DNA from: Nitrospirota bacterium
GTDB taxonomy: Bacteria; Nitrospirota; Thermodesulfovibrionia; UBA6902
Reading direction: 5' to 3'
Assembly: GCA_016215115.1 (NCBI GenBank)
Contig: JACRLN010000015.1
Span: 22,741 to 86,740 of the forward strand
DNA length: 64,000 bases
Under the pieces are notes generated by a model. The model made no database searches and was not told the origin of the DNA. It saw only the letters and a list, made by a program, of their open reading frames with translations. The translations under genes and the position numbers were made by a program. This document shows, in pieces, positions 1 through 11,137 of the stretch (positions within the stretch are counted from its first letter, which is position 1; every line of letters starts with the position of its first letter).

Positions 1-874
1 GACTTCCTACAAGCCCTTCGATTATGAGTTTTGAGTTTTGATTTTTAAGTTTTGAGGTTTTTCCCGCCTTCTGACTTCTGACTTCTGACTTCTGACTTAC
101 CAGTCTCGCATATGCGCCTATTGGAACCTGACAGCCTCCTTCGAGCTTTTTAAGGAAGGCACGTTCAGCCTTTACACATAAAGAGGTAGCCCTGTGGTTT
201 AATTTCTTCAGCAGTTTGTTTATAAGTTGATCATCCACCCTGCATTCTACTCCAACAGCGCCCTGTCCTATTGCAGGAAGGCTGATTTCAGACGGCAGGA
301 TTTCTGTAATCCTTTTTTGCAAGCCAAGTCTCTTTACCCCGGCGGTTGCAAGTATAATTGCATCGAATTGTCCTTCATCAAGCTTTCTAAGTCGCGTATC
401 AAGATTGCCCCGCAGTTGCGTAATTTTCAGGTCAGGACGTTTATTCAGAAGCTGGCATATCCTTCTAAGACTGCTCGTACCCACGTGAGCGCCATTCGGC
501 AGACTTTTAAAGTTTGGTATTTGAAATTTGGAATTTGAAATTTTAGTAAAAAGCGCATCCCTCGCATCTTCCCTTTTGCAAATGGCGGCAAGATGAAGAC
601 CTTCAGGCAGATCGGTCGGGACGTCTTTCATGCTGTGAACCGCAAGGTCCGCCGTTTTCTTCAGGAGCGCTTCTTCAATTTCTTTTACAAAAAGCCCTTT
701 CCCGCCTGCCTGTGCCAGAGGGACGTCAAGTATCATGTCTCCGGTAGTCTTTATTTTCTTGAGTTCAACCTCGAGGTCCGGATTGTTTTTCTCAAGCTGT
801 GCCTTTATCCACTCCGCCTGCCAGAGTGCAAGCTTGCTTCCACGTGTTGCGATAATTATTTTACGTTTCTTCAT
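1..874 (-). CDS. hemC: Porphobilinogen deaminase (hydroxymethylbilane synthase), runs off the left window edge
   Basis: Not in ORF track. Manual translation from ATG at 874 gives [22 protein letters not shown]...REDARDAL...VGTSSLRR...[12 protein letters not shown]. Start overlaps the hemA 3' end. Confidence 0.95.
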   Translation of the reverse strand, partial: MKKRKIIIATRGSKLALWQAEWIKAQLEKNNPDLEVELKKIKTTGDMILDVPLAQAGGKGLFVKEIEEALLKKTADLAVHSMKDVPTDLPEGLHLAAICKREDARDALFTKISNSKFQIPNFKSLPNGAHVGTSSLRRICQLLNKRPDLKITQLRGNLDTRLRKLDEGQFDAIILATAGVKRLGLQKRITEILPSEISLPAIGQGAVGVECRVDDQLINKLLKKLNHRATSLCVKAERAFLKKLEGGCQVPIGAYARLVSQKSEVRSQKAGKTSKLKNQNSKLIIEGLVGS

Positions 875-2144
875 CTTTACCTTTCTCTGTCTCTAATTGA
901 AATAGCTTCTGGACCACATCCAGCATTGTTTCCTTGTCGTTATTTTCGGACTTGAGAGCGGCTGTTGGAGGATGTATGAGTTTATTGACAATGGAAATTG
1001 TGAGATACTCAATGGCTTTTACTTTTTCTTCTTCCATGGGCCCGAGCTTTTTAACAGTTTTCTCAAATTCAGCCTTTCTTATTTCTTCAGCCTTGTTGCG
1101 AAGCGCCACAACAGTCGGAGTTGCAGCCAACGAGGCATGCCATTTAAGGAAAGAACCAATCTCCTCATCAACAATCTGTTCGGCCTTTTCCGCCTCTTTG
1201 GCCCGTTCCTGTACGTTTGTATCGACAATCCCCTGAAGACTGTCAACATCATAAAGGTAAACATTATCAAGGTCATTTATCTGAGGGTCGATATTCCTCG
1301 GCACCGAAATATCAATTATAAACATCGGCTTTTGTTTCCGTTCTTTCATTGTCTTGTGCACCTGTTCTTTTAATAATATATAGTGAGGAGCGCCTGTTGA
1401 GCAGATTACAATGTCGGTGTGTAATAATTCCTGAACAAAGTTTTCAAATGTAATCACTTTTCCATGAAACTCCAGGGCAAGTTCTTCCGCCCTTGCCATT
1501 GTGCGGTTTGTAATAAAAACATCTTGTACGCCGCTGTTTATTAAATGCCTGGCTGCAAGTTCTGCCATCTCTCCTGCGCCGATTAACATAAAGGCTTTTG
1601 TAGAAAGGTCCTCAAAGATTTTTTTTGCCAGCTCCACAGCGGCAAAGCTGATGCTTACCGCACTTGCGGCAATCCTGGTCTCTGTCCTGATGCGCTTTGC
1701 CACAGAGACCGATTTCCGCATAAGTTTATTTAAAAGAACACCTGTAGTTTTATTCTTTAATGCGGTATCATATGCATCTTTTAACTGGCCGAGGATCTGC
1801 GGCTCTCCCACCACCATGGAATCGAGACTTGAGGCCACGCGGTACATATGTCTTATAGCCTCGGTCCCTTTATGTAAATAGAGTGACTTATCCAGAAGGT
1901 CCCTCGATACTTTATGGAACTCAGAGATAAAGTCCTTTATGCTTTCGATTCCGGAATCCATATCACTTACGCCGGCATAAATTTCGACTCTGTTACATGT
2001 TGAAAGGATGATGTTTTCCTTCACCGCATTTGACTTTTTCAGGATATTAATAGCCTCTTCAAGCTTGGGGCCGTCAAAGGCAATCTTTTCCCTTACTTCA
2101 ATTGGCGCTGTTTTATGGTTAAGTCCGACTATGAGTATGTTCAT
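861..2144 (-). CDS. hemA: Glutamyl-tRNA reductase
   Basis: [29 protein letters not shown] and DISVPRNI motifs; likely start MNILIVG at 2144. Confidence 0.97.
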   Translation of the reverse strand: MNILIVGLNHKTAPIEVREKIAFDGPKLEEAINILKKSNAVKENIILSTCNRVEIYAGVSDMDSGIESIKDFISEFHKVSRDLLDKSLYLHKGTEAIRHMYRVASSLDSMVVGEPQILGQLKDAYDTALKNKTTGVLLNKLMRKSVSVAKRIRTETRIAASAVSISFAAVELAKKIFEDLSTKAFMLIGAGEMAELAARHLINSGVQDVFITNRTMARAEELALEFHGKVITFENFVQELLHTDIVICSTGAPHYILLKEQVHKTMKERKQKPMFIIDISVPRNIDPQINDLDNVYLYDVDSLQGIVDTNVQERAKEAEKAEQIVDEEIGSFLKWHASLAATPTVVALRNKAEEIRKAEFEKTVKKLGPMEEEKVKAIEYLTISIVNKLIHPPTAALKSENNDKETMLDVVQKLFQLETEKGKDEET

Positions 2145-2246
2145 ATTTATAAAGTGATGAGGATTCAAGAATTCGAGGATTCAAGTTAACAACTCATAAC
2201 GAAGTTGCGATTAACTTGAATCCCTGATCCCATACATCCTTAGTTT

Positions 2247-3074
2247 TCACATAAAGACATGCTGTCCTTTCAGGATCAAAGCAATTCCAAAAAATGCAAA
2301 AATAACAATAATAAAGCCAACAATTGAGAGGATAGCTGCTTTCTTTCCGCGCCACCCAACAGTAAGTCTGAGATGCAGTACGATTGCATAAACAAGCCAG
2401 GTTATGAGCGACCATACTTCCTTCGGATCCCATCTCCAGTAAGTCCCCCAAGCCGAATTTGCCCAGATAACTCCTGTTATCATTGCAAGGGTCAACAATG
2501 GAAATCCAAGGGTTATCAGATGATAATTAATTTCATCCAGTGTTTGAAGGCTCGGAAGCTTTTGGAAAAGCATGGTGAGGTGTTTTGATTTTACATTTCG
2601 CTCCTGAAGGAGATACATTATACCAATACCGCAGGCCATAGCAAAAGCAGCGTCTCCTAAAAATGCCAGAATTACATGAATTACAAACCAGTAACTTTGC
2701 AGGACAGGACTCAAAACCTTTATTTCCCTCGGGAAAATAGACGATGAAAACATGAGAAGAAAAACAATCGGCATGATAAAGGAGCTTAGAAGCCCAAGCT
2801 TGTACCTGAATTCATGAATAAAGAACAATATCAGGATGCTCCATGAGAAAAAAGAAGTTGCCTCATGCATGCTGGTTACAGGAATATGTCCGCCTTTAAT
2901 ATATCTCATGATTATATTTGCAGTGTGAAATATAAACCCGATTAATGACAAATAGAGTGATACCTTGGAGGTGTCTTTCTTCCCTCTGAAAATTTCAATA
3001 ATTCCTGAAATGGTTGCGATAAAATAAAAAGTAAGGGCTAATTCAAAGAGAAGTACATTTGTTTCAATTTGCAA
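2247..3074 (-). CDS. ccsB: System II cytochrome c biogenesis protein (CcsA/CcsB/ResC family)
   Basis: Multi-TM protein with WWD motif WANSAWGTYWRWDPKEVWS and conserved His; TTG start with AAGGAG SD. Confidence 0.9.
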   Translation of the reverse strand: MQIETNVLLFELALTFYFIATISGIIEIFRGKKDTSKVSLYLSLIGFIFHTANIIMRYIKGGHIPVTSMHEATSFFSWSILILFFIHEFRYKLGLLSSFIMPIVFLLMFSSSIFPREIKVLSPVLQSYWFVIHVILAFLGDAAFAMACGIGIMYLLQERNVKSKHLTMLFQKLPSLQTLDEINYHLITLGFPLLTLAMITGVIWANSAWGTYWRWDPKEVWSLITWLVYAIVLHLRLTVGWRGKKAAILSIVGFIIVIFAFFGIALILKGQHVFM

Positions 3075-3156
3075 AGTTTGGACTCCTTTTAGGAATTTTT
3101 TTAACCACAGAGGAAATAGAGTGAGATAGAACCCCTATGGTAAATCCTTAATGCAA

Positions 3157-3729
3157 TCACTCAATATATTGTCTGACATAGGAGAGGAATTTGTCAATTT
3201 CCCCTTTTTTGTTAATCAAATCAATCCAAAAAACTTTTGTATCTTTTTGTAATATAGGCGTTAAGAAGGAAAGGTTCTCAACTTGTATTTCAGAATTGAT
3301 AAGTATTATATCAGCCTTTTTACACACTTTTGATGCTGTAGGCTTAATCTCCCCGTTTTCACCAATGATGAATATTGCAAGATTGGGACTTAAGAAATCC
3401 AGAGGACTGTTACCTTCTATCACGACTCCTTTGAGACCGGTCATCTTTGCCAGGGCGATGTTTAAAGCATCTTCAAGTTCGTCCCCGCCAGGGCTTTGAA
3501 TCCAGACAACCTTTTCAGCGCCGGATCTAAGAAAGATTGCCGTATCCTTGCCATCTTCGCTCAATATCTTTGCGTCATCCACAACAGAAGTATAAAGGGA
3601 TGTCTTTGTGAACTTGATCCCTCCAAATCCCTTTATATTTTCGAGCAGGATTGAACAGAGCGTTGTCTTTCCTACTCCGCTGTGCGCACCTGCAACCGAT
3701 ATGATTTTAAATGAATCTTCAGCGAGCAT
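3157..3729 (-). CDS. MobB-like P-loop NTPase (molybdopterin-guanine dinucleotide biosynthesis-related)
   Basis: Walker A GAHSGVGKTT, GKDT and VVIEGNS motifs; near Moco genes. Start moved to 3729 because the upstream part is 7-bp repeat DNA. Confidence 0.65.
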   Translation of the reverse strand: MLAEDSFKIISVAGAHSGVGKTTLCSILLENIKGFGGIKFTKTSLYTSVVDDAKILSEDGKDTAIFLRSGAEKVVWIQSPGGDELEDALNIALAKMTGLKGVVIEGNSPLDFLSPNLAIFIIGENGEIKPTASKVCKKADIILINSEIQVENLSFLTPILQKDTKVFWIDLINKKGEIDKFLSYVRQYIE

Positions 3730-3850
3730 AAGTAAAGAATACAGGATGCAGGATGCGAGATGCAAGATACGGCGATATGTTAATATTATCTGTAAGCCTG
3801 AAGGCTCTTAGCATTTAGAAAATCAGTTTGTTCTATAAAATTAAAACAAT

Positions 3851-6394
3851 ATGCTTATCTTTGCCATTTCTCTCATATTGGGGATTACTTCATTTCACTT
3901 CTTTCATGTTATCCCGGTATCAATCATTATCTGGTGCATCGCAATAAGTGTTTTATTGTTTATCAGGCAGAAAAATACTAAAAAGATATTATTTATAATC
4001 GTTATTTTTGTATCAGGATTTTTCTACTGCTTTGTGCGGCAGGATAATATCCCTGAAATAAAACTGCCAGACAGAGAAATATCATTTCAGGGCAACATCA
4101 TTGATGTTCCCGAAATCTCAAACGGGAAAATTCGGTTTACTATTGATCAGGTTTCCGTAGAGGGCCAAGAAATCACGGGTAAAGTTAAGTTGTATTTATC
4201 AGAAGAATCAGTTACCAATAAAGACTTCATAGCTGCAAGTGGGGAGAGAATAGATGCCGTTACAAAATTAAGGGAACCTGATGTTCTTCATAATCCGGGC
4301 CTGCATTCATACGATCTGAAAAGAGATGGAATTGTGGCTTTTGGTTATATCAGGGAGATCCAGGTAATCGGGGAAAGTAAGAATCTATGGTCCTGGATTC
4401 AGAATAAACGTTATTTACTCGGAAAGACCCTTGATAATAGTCTCTCCGCAGAAAATGCAGCTTTACATAAAGCAATAATCCTTGGACTTACCGGTGGTAT
4501 TAATCAGGAAATGAGGGATGCCTTCAGCGCAACAGGGCTTGCACATATTCTCAGCATATCAGGGACTCACTTCGGACTTCTTGCCTTCATGATTTTTCAA
4601 TTAATCAAGATGCTCGTGAAATACCTGCCGGAAGATATATTTAAGCGGATGACCCTCCATATCACGCCCTCTCAGATAGCTGTTTTGATTACACTGCCTG
4701 TATTGGTATTTTATGCATTGATTTCAGGAATGAGCACCCCTACAGTCCGTTCCCTCATTATGATTTTTATTTACATGCTTGCGATTTTTCTTGGAAGAAG
4801 GGGGCAATGGCTGAATTCTTTATCAATTGCCGCTTTTATAATTCTCCTCTATAAGCCTGCGGCGATTTTTGATCTTTCCTTCCAGCTTTCTTTTATGGCA
4901 GTGCTCTCAATAGGATTTGCAACTGAGAGCAGAGCAAAAGACAGGGGGCAGGATTCAGGAGTCAGGAGTCAGACAATCCCCCCATCCCCCCTTTATAAAA
5001 GGGGGGCGAGGGGGGATTTAGTAACTGTAGGCAAATTGGAACTACTAAACACAAAATATGCCCTGTTGATCGAAAAAATAAAATCTGCAACCCTTATGAC
5101 AATCGCTGCAGTTTTGGGGACCGCGCCTATCGTGGCCCTTATATTTAAACAGTTCCCTTTGATTTCGCCAATTACAAATTTGATAGTAACGCCGTTTATC
5201 TGTTTTGTAGTCCTGCCGCTCGGCTTTTTTACATCATTCGGTGCGCTTATATTGCAAATGACATCAATACCATTTAACGGCTTAACAGATATGGTTACTC
5301 ATTTTGCTTTACAACTAATTAAATTTCTTTCAAAAATTCCTTATTCAAGCCTTCATGTCCCCGTGCCATCATTTGTGATGATAGTTTTTTATTACTTATC
5401 ACTGATATTTCTGCTTAAATCATCAGGCCGGCGGAGACTTCTTCCACTGGTCCTTGTTATATGTTTCTACTTGATAAGTCCTTATTTATCCAATAATGCT
5501 TTCAGAATTACTTTTTTAGATGTTGGACAGGGAGACTCGTCTATTGTGGAACTGCCGGATAAAAAAGTAATGCTTATTGACGGTGGAATGTATGAACCTG
5601 ATATGGGAAAGGCAGTTATTGCCCCGTACTTGTGGTCCCGGGGACTAAGAAGCATCGATTATCTTGTGTTGACTCATCCCCATCCGGATCATTACGGTGG
5701 GCTCATTTACATCATGGAGAATTTTAAAATCGGAGAAATCTGGTTAAACGGCGGAAAAACTTTCGGATCAGAGAATTTTTTTCAAAAGATAAAAGAAAAG
5801 AAAATTCAATATAAGGTACTTAAGCGGGGAGATGTACTTGAGGCAGACAAATATAAAATTTACGTATTTCATCCTTATGATGAATTTTTTGCAGATTCAC
5901 TGCGGGGTGCGTTCTCCAATCATAACAGCAGTTCCCTTGTTTTAAAGATTGAATCAGATAAAGCTTCAATCCTTTTTACAGGCGATATCGAGACAGAGGC
6001 TGAAGAAAGCTTGCTGCCTCTGGGAACATGGCTTAAAAGCGATATAATCAAAGTCCCTCATCATGGCGGAAAGACGTCGAGTTCCGCAGGATTTCTAAAT
6101 GCTGTCAGTCCTCAAACAGCGGTTGTCAGCGCCGGCAAAAACAATTCCTTTAATCATCCTCATAAAGAAACAATTGAAAGATATAAAGCTGCCGGTGCGA
6201 GAATTTACAGAACCGATGTTGACGGGGCAGTCACGATAACCTTGAGAAAAAATCCCCCCATCCCCCCTTTAATAAAGGGGGGCGAGGGGGGATTTTCATA
6301 TGAAGTTAAAACTTACTGGGACACTGAATTCAAGAAAGTTACAACCTGGCGGGATGAAATAAGAAATTTGAGGCTTTTATTCTTCCCCTTTTAA
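3851..6394 (+). CDS. comEC: DNA internalization competence protein ComEC/Rec2
   Basis: GLAHILSISGTH competence domain, SFQLSF, C-terminal MBL fold (LDVGQGD, THPHPDHYGG, VPHHGG). Confidence 0.95.
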   Translation: MLIFAISLILGITSFHFFHVIPVSIIIWCIAISVLLFIRQKNTKKILFIIVIFVSGFFYCFVRQDNIPEIKLPDREISFQGNIIDVPEISNGKIRFTIDQVSVEGQEITGKVKLYLSEESVTNKDFIAASGERIDAVTKLREPDVLHNPGLHSYDLKRDGIVAFGYIREIQVIGESKNLWSWIQNKRYLLGKTLDNSLSAENAALHKAIILGLTGGINQEMRDAFSATGLAHILSISGTHFGLLAFMIFQLIKMLVKYLPEDIFKRMTLHITPSQIAVLITLPVLVFYALISGMSTPTVRSLIMIFIYMLAIFLGRRGQWLNSLSIAAFIILLYKPAAIFDLSFQLSFMAVLSIGFATESRAKDRGQDSGVRSQTIPPSPLYKRGARGDLVTVGKLELLNTKYALLIEKIKSATLMTIAAVLGTAPIVALIFKQFPLISPITNLIVTPFICFVVLPLGFFTSFGALILQMTSIPFNGLTDMVTHFALQLIKFLSKIPYSSLHVPVPSFVMIVFYYLSLIFLLKSSGRRRLLPLVLVICFYLISPYLSNNAFRITFLDVGQGDSSIVELPDKKVMLIDGGMYEPDMGKAVIAPYLWSRGLRSIDYLVLTHPHPDHYGGLIYIMENFKIGEIWLNGGKTFGSENFFQKIKEKKIQYKVLKRGDVLEADKYKIYVFHPYDEFFADSLRGAFSNHNSSSLVLKIESDKASILFTGDIETEAEESLLPLGTWLKSDIIKVPHHGGKTSSSAGFLNAVSPQTAVVSAGKNNSFNHPHKETIERYKAAGARIYRTDVDGAVTITLRKNPPIPPLIKGGEGGFSYEVKTYWDTEFKKVTTWRDEIRNLRLLFFPF
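4975..5018. repeat. CCCCC...GGGGG palindromic element inserted in frame in comEC
   Basis: aatccccccatccccccttt-ataa-aaggggggcgaggggggatt; near-identical copy at 6249-6295. Confidence 0.85.
6249..6295. repeat. Second CCCCC...GGGGG palindromic element in frame in comEC
   Basis: Encodes KNPPIPPLIKGGEGGF; matches the 4975-5018 copy. Confidence 0.85.
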
Positions 6395-6452
6395 CCGTTC
6401 TCACAGAACTATTACAAGGTCTTCGTCCGGTCTTTTGGCGGGAGAGTCTTAC

Positions 6453-7463
6453 TTATCCGCCGATTTTAGACATGTTCTTGATGTGATCGGCTACAGCTAT
6501 ATTTTCATCAAGCTTATGTCTCTCAGGTTTTATGCTGATGGTGTAGAGGAACAATCGTTCTATATCTTCATCATCAGCGCCGTTCCTCATGGGGGTCTTA
6601 ATATCAACTTCATCTTTAGAAAAGAGGCAGGGTCTGATTTTCCCGTTAGAAGTAAGACGCAGCCTGTTGCAGGATTTGCAAAAATGGTCGCTGATCGGGC
6701 TTATTATCCCGATAACCCCTACAGCGCCTTTTATCCTGTAGTTTCTTGAAGGGCCTTCCCCTCTGAATTTAAAACTCTCCAGACCTCCAAGCCTGGAAAT
6801 AATTCCCATAATCTCTTTTGAGGACACGCACTTTTCTCTTCTCCACATCCCGTTGCTGGTCACCGGCATGAATTCAATAAATCTTATGTGGTAGTCTTTT
6901 TTAAAAGTCAGAGATGCAAAGGACAATATTTCATCGTCATTGATCCCCCGAATCGGGACCATATTTATCTTTACGGGAGAAAGACCGACCCGCTCTGCTG
7001 CTTTTATTGACTCCCAGACACGGTTAATATCTCCTTTTTTTGTTATCTCCTTATATCTTCCGGCATTCATTGTATCGAGACTTATATTGACACGGTCCAG
7101 CCCTGCTTTCTTTAAATCTCCTGCAAGCTCTGCCAACATAATTCCGTTTGTAGTGAGACTTAAATTGTTTATGCCGATCTCTTTGATAGATGAGATCAGG
7201 CTAATAATATTTTTTCTAAGGAGAGGCTCTCCACCGGTGATCCTGACTTTTCTCAATCCGTGTTTATGGGCAATACGTACAAATCGCACTATCTCTTCAT
7301 CAGTCATGATCTCTGCATTATTAAAATACTTCAGCTCTTTTGAGGACACGCAATATACGCATTTGAGATTGCATTTATCTGTTATGGATATACGCAGATA
7401 GTCGATACGGCGGTTGAATGAGTCTTTTACAGGTAATAATTCTTTTATTGATGAGTTATTCAT
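6453..7463 (-). CDS. moaA: GTP 3',8-cyclase
   Basis: YLRISITDKCNLKCVYC radical SAM motif, FCKSCNRLRLT, C-terminal MSKIGG. Confidence 0.97.
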   Translation of the reverse strand: MNNSSIKELLPVKDSFNRRIDYLRISITDKCNLKCVYCVSSKELKYFNNAEIMTDEEIVRFVRIAHKHGLRKVRITGGEPLLRKNIISLISSIKEIGINNLSLTTNGIMLAELAGDLKKAGLDRVNISLDTMNAGRYKEITKKGDINRVWESIKAAERVGLSPVKINMVPIRGINDDEILSFASLTFKKDYHIRFIEFMPVTSNGMWRREKCVSSKEIMGIISRLGGLESFKFRGEGPSRNYRIKGAVGVIGIISPISDHFCKSCNRLRLTSNGKIRPCLFSKDEVDIKTPMRNGADDEDIERLFLYTISIKPERHKLDENIAVADHIKNMSKIGG

Positions 7464-7482
7464 TTTGTAAACCTTAAAGCCG

Positions 7483-7557
7483 TCATTCCGGCAGTCCTTA
7501 AGCCGGAATCCAGTTCCTTGTTAAAAGACTCTGGATTCCCGCCTTCGCGGGAATGAC
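7483..7557. repeat. GTCATTCC...GGAATGAC REP-like double hairpin
   Basis: gtcattccggcagtccttaagccggaatcc...ggattcccgccttcgcgggaatgac; many copies in the window. Confidence 0.85.
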
Positions 7558-7610
7558 AACTCATCTGTTTGTTGACAACTTTTTTGAAGAAGATCCTTTC
7601 TTATTATTAA

Positions 7611-8753
7611 TTACTTTCCGAAAGGACAGACAGGATAGCGGCATTGATCACATTTTAAACAAAGCCCTCCGTGTCCAAGTTCTGCGATCTCTTTTCTACT
7701 TATCTTCTCGCCGGCTAAAATCCTCGGTAAAATCAGATCAAATACCGTTATACTGGCGTACATGCCGCATGCCGGCATCCCAAGAACAGGAATTAGTTCG
7801 GAAGTTCGGAAGCTCGGAAGCTCGGAAGTATGGGAATCTGTTGCTTCTGCACTTCTGTACTTCCGCGCTTCCGCTCTTAGATACGCCACCAGAAACATGG
7901 ACCCCGGGAGGACCGGAGAACCGTATATGAATTCCTCGACACCCAGATTTCTGATCGCAAACCGTGTTACATCATCCGGATCGACAGACATCCCTCCTGT
8001 TGTGATGATCAGGTCAGCGCCGACAGATATCAATTCCCTGATCCTGTCTTCAATATGCTTTGTATCATCCGGCGCAAAACGGACTCCGATGATATCTCCG
8101 CCAGCGTCTTTTATTTTCTTTCTAATCACGGGTTCAAATGCGTCTTTTATCTTTCCGTAATAAACCTCGTTGCCTGTTATCACTATCCCGGCTTTAGGCT
8201 TGCTCATCTCTTTCACTCTCAACACACCCTGAGCGTTTTGAGCTGTTTTTACAGCCTGCTCTACAACAACCCTTTTCACAACAAGGGGAATGGCCCGTGT
8301 TCCTGCAACAAGCTGCCCTTTTTTAACAACAGTGTTGTTATGGACAGTTGCGCACATTACATCGCCGAGCATGTTGAATTCAAGAAGGGCCTTTTGTTTG
8401 ACATCCAATAATCCATCCCTTGCTGCAATGAGGTTTATCTTTCCTTCGCTCGGTTCCCCTTCCATTTTAACGCCATCACCAGCAAGAGCCTTTGCAATCG
8501 CTAACGCGGCGTCGTTTTCATGAATCTCGTCTTCTTTGATCTCAAGAACAAAGAGGTTTTCCTTGCCCAGCCTTTGAAGATAGTCGATGTCTTCTTCCCG
8601 CACAATATGACCTTTTTTAAAGGCTCTGCCTTTGAATTCACCCGGTCTTATCTCGGTAATATCATGGGCCATAACCATTCCGACTGCTTCTTTAACCGGC
8701 ACTACCTTTGTGCCGATACCTTTCTTATTAACGTCGTTCTGAATTTCACACAT
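7611..8753 (-). CDS. Molybdopterin-binding (MoeA/MoCF biosynthesis domain) protein
   Basis: AVGMVMAHDITEI, ITGNEV, TGGMSVDPDD, GMPAC and C-terminal GGLCLKCDQCRYPVCPFGK. Confidence 0.85.
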   Translation of the reverse strand: MCEIQNDVNKKGIGTKVVPVKEAVGMVMAHDITEIRPGEFKGRAFKKGHIVREEDIDYLQRLGKENLFVLEIKEDEIHENDAALAIAKALAGDGVKMEGEPSEGKINLIAARDGLLDVKQKALLEFNMLGDVMCATVHNNTVVKKGQLVAGTRAIPLVVKRVVVEQAVKTAQNAQGVLRVKEMSKPKAGIVITGNEVYYGKIKDAFEPVIRKKIKDAGGDIIGVRFAPDDTKHIEDRIRELISVGADLIITTGGMSVDPDDVTRFAIRNLGVEEFIYGSPVLPGSMFLVAYLRAEARKYRSAEATDSHTSELPSFRTSELIPVLGMPACGMYASITVFDLILPRILAGEKISRKEIAELGHGGLCLKCDQCRYPVCPFGK

Positions 8754-8821
8754 AAGATGTTTCCTTAACTCTGAAAGTTGTCGGGCCAGAAGCCTGACCT
8801 ATTAGCAATCAGCCAAATAAG

Positions 8822-9199
8822 TCAGACATCTTGCCTGACAATTTTCTTTTTTCTAATATAACGCTTTCCTGACCCGAAGACCTCTGAAAATTTCCTGTCG
8901 ATAATCTTATTTACACCGTCTTCAAGCATCTTATATCTTCGTAAAAGCTCTTTTGCTTCTGCTGTAAGATCTGCACCGCCTCCACTTTTGCCTCCCACCC
9001 TTCTTTCCACAAGCGTCCTCCCGAACCTTTGTTCCATGGCTTTAATGTAACTCAAAGCCTTTCTGTAGGAGATATTTATATCTTTTGCCGCCCTGTTTAT
9101 TGAGCCATATCTGATAATCCCTTCAAGCAATGCCCGTCTTCCGCTGCCAAATACAGCTTCGCCATCTATTTCGAGCCATATTTTAGAGCGAATCTCCAT
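8822..9199 (-). CDS. modE: ModE-family winged-helix regulator (HTH only)
   Basis: GSINRAAKDINISYRKA and GGKSGGGA motifs; Moco gene context. Confidence 0.8.
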   Translation of the reverse strand: MEIRSKIWLEIDGEAVFGSGRRALLEGIIRYGSINRAAKDINISYRKALSYIKAMEQRFGRTLVERRVGGKSGGGADLTAEAKELLRRYKMLEDGVNKIIDRKFSEVFGSGKRYIRKKKIVRQDV

Positions 9200-9203
9200 A
9201 TAT

Positions 9204-9226
9204 CGTTATAACATAATTGCCTAACG
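9204..9226. promoter_or_regulatory. Putative ModE operator
   Basis: Inverted repeat CGTTA-N13-TAACG directly upstream of the modE start, overlapping a TATAAC -10. Confidence 0.55.
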
Positions 9227-9246
9227 CCGGTCTATAAAAAAATAAT

Positions 9247-9873
9247 TTATTCACGGAATATATAATAAGCCCCATGCACGCAGGCCTTACAATAAACCTT
9301 GTCGTTCACTGATATGTCTCTCATGTCCTGAACATATTCTCCGCATTTATCGCATTTAACCCTTTTTAAGGGCTTGCCCGGCATATCTTCAGGGTTTATT
9401 TCAACCTTCACATTCATCACATCAAAAAGTTCTTCATCCGACATTATCTTGTAGGCCTCAAGCTGCGCCTTATATTTATCCTCGATTTCAGGAAAGTAAT
9501 TCTTGGCCTTATCACGGGAATCTTCTCTTGCTACAACCCTCACTGCATTATTTGTCTTCAGATTCAAATATGCAGCAGCCATCTTGCCGTAATCCATAAA
9601 CTTCATCGTCCTGTGTCCAAGACTGCAGCCTGTTACAGACTGAACTGCGTCTGTAGCGCATCTGTCCATCTCTACAAAGACGATAAGGCTTTTTCTATCT
9701 TTACCTTTGGGGTCGTTAATCCCAACCTTTCGTAAGCCAAGCATACTCATTCTCACCCCAAGAACCTGCCCGGGACAAAGATGACCGTGAGTCTTTACAG
9801 ATTCTTCAAGGAGCTCTTCAAAATTAAAATTATTTTTCCCACTCTGAGACATAAATAACTTTTCCCCCTTCAA
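9247..9873 (-). CDS. FmdE-family protein with C-terminal Zn finger
   Basis: HGHLCPGQVLG, DRCATDAVQSVTGCSLG, CDKCGE...CKAC. Confidence 0.9.
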   Translation of the reverse strand: MKGEKLFMSQSGKNNFNFEELLEESVKTHGHLCPGQVLGVRMSMLGLRKVGINDPKGKDRKSLIVFVEMDRCATDAVQSVTGCSLGHRTMKFMDYGKMAAAYLNLKTNNAVRVVAREDSRDKAKNYFPEIEDKYKAQLEAYKIMSDEELFDVMNVKVEINPEDMPGKPLKRVKCDKCGEYVQDMRDISVNDKVYCKACVHGAYYIFRE

Positions 9874-9907
9874 TTCAAATTTACAATCTTTACTGAAATC
9901 CTGTCAA

Positions 9908-10879
9908 TCAAACTAATTTTTTAAACTCTTCTTCCGCTTCTCTTATTAATTCCTCAGGTTCATCTGTATAACGAGGTGAAAAGTGAATAGCCTCTAATCT
10001 GCCCACTCCTGCCTCCCTTGCAATCATGCCGGCTTCTTTAGAAGTAAGATGGTACCTGTCTCTGGCCCTGTCTTTATCTTTGTCTGAGAAATATGTCTCT
10101 ATATAGAGGACATCCGAGCCTTTTGCGAGTTGAATTATTTTCTTTATATTTTCATCACTGCCCAGCACGTCAACAACATAGGTAATCTTCTGCCCTCTGG
10201 CTATGTTGGCAATATTTTTCAGTTCTATAAATGTAAAAGCCTTACCGTTGACAGTAAAAAGTCTGTCTGTTATATTTTCTCTTATTGCTGCCTTTAATTC
10301 TCCAAGCCATGGACCGACCGGAAGATCCATTCTGTTCAGTTTATCCTTATCAATGTTTATGTGGTAATCCTCCTCAAGGCTGAATGCAAGACACGGAATC
10401 TGATGATCAAGGATTGCCGCAGAAACTTTGGAAAATGAATTTTCCAATAGAACCGCATTATAAGGCAATGTCTCCATATTCTCCCGCTTAAAGGAGTTTT
10501 TTGCCTTAAAGGCGGCTCTCTTAATAGAGTTATTGTCTATTTCTGAGATGTAAATGACCAGAGGATAATCCCCAATGAGGTTCCATGTATAACTTCTCAG
10601 TTTGCCCTCTATACAGTCAATAAACCCTTTTGGACCATAAAGCCTGAGGGGATTTTCTTTTTTCAGGCAGATTCTCAGGACATTATCAAAACCGATAAAG
10701 TGGTCCACATGAGTATGCGACACAAATATATCGTTAGTCTTGAGAATGTCCCTTGCAGAAAGATTTGTTGTAAAACCAAGGTCAAACATTAATGCACAGC
10801 CCTCTCTCAGAACCCTTACATAAAGACCCGGGTCTTCAAAAGGTTTATTGATAAGCCTTGAGTGGAAAGATGGTTTCAT
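9908..10879 (-). CDS. Ribonuclease Z-like metallo-beta-lactamase
   Basis: SHTHVDHFIGFD, HLTS and IHFSPRY motifs. Confidence 0.85.
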   Translation of the reverse strand: MKPSFHSRLINKPFEDPGLYVRVLREGCALMFDLGFTTNLSARDILKTNDIFVSHTHVDHFIGFDNVLRICLKKENPLRLYGPKGFIDCIEGKLRSYTWNLIGDYPLVIYISEIDNNSIKRAAFKAKNSFKRENMETLPYNAVLLENSFSKVSAAILDHQIPCLAFSLEEDYHINIDKDKLNRMDLPVGPWLGELKAAIRENITDRLFTVNGKAFTFIELKNIANIARGQKITYVVDVLGSDENIKKIIQLAKGSDVLYIETYFSDKDKDRARDRYHLTSKEAGMIAREAGVGRLEAIHFSPRYTDEPEELIREAEEEFKKLV

Positions 10880-10947
10880 AGAAAATATTAGCTTAAATAG
10901 TGATATAATAGAAATAACTTTTTAATATTGAGACTTAATAATTATTA

Positions 10948-11081
10948 CCAAAATTGAGCGATTCTTAAATGAATAAACAGCATTTTAAGTTTATCAGTCT
11001 TGGTTATTTAATCTCACATGTCAGGTGATGCATTATCCCCTCTTGATAGAGGGGAAGAAACAAAGAATCGCTCAATTTAGG
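10948..11081. mobile_element. MITE-like element with 19-bp terminal inverted repeats
   Basis: CCAAAATTGAGCGATTCTT ... AAGAATCGCTCAATTTAGG; internal cccctcttgatagagggg hairpin; no ORF. Confidence 0.65.
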
Positions 11082-11137
11082 ATATTATATAATATCCGAT
11101 TTAATATCTATGTCTTTTTATAATAACGGAGGATTTA

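Noticed and set aside
227-955. Plus-strand ORFs 227-538 and 593-955
   Set aside because: Antisense shadows of hemC/hemA on the minus strand.
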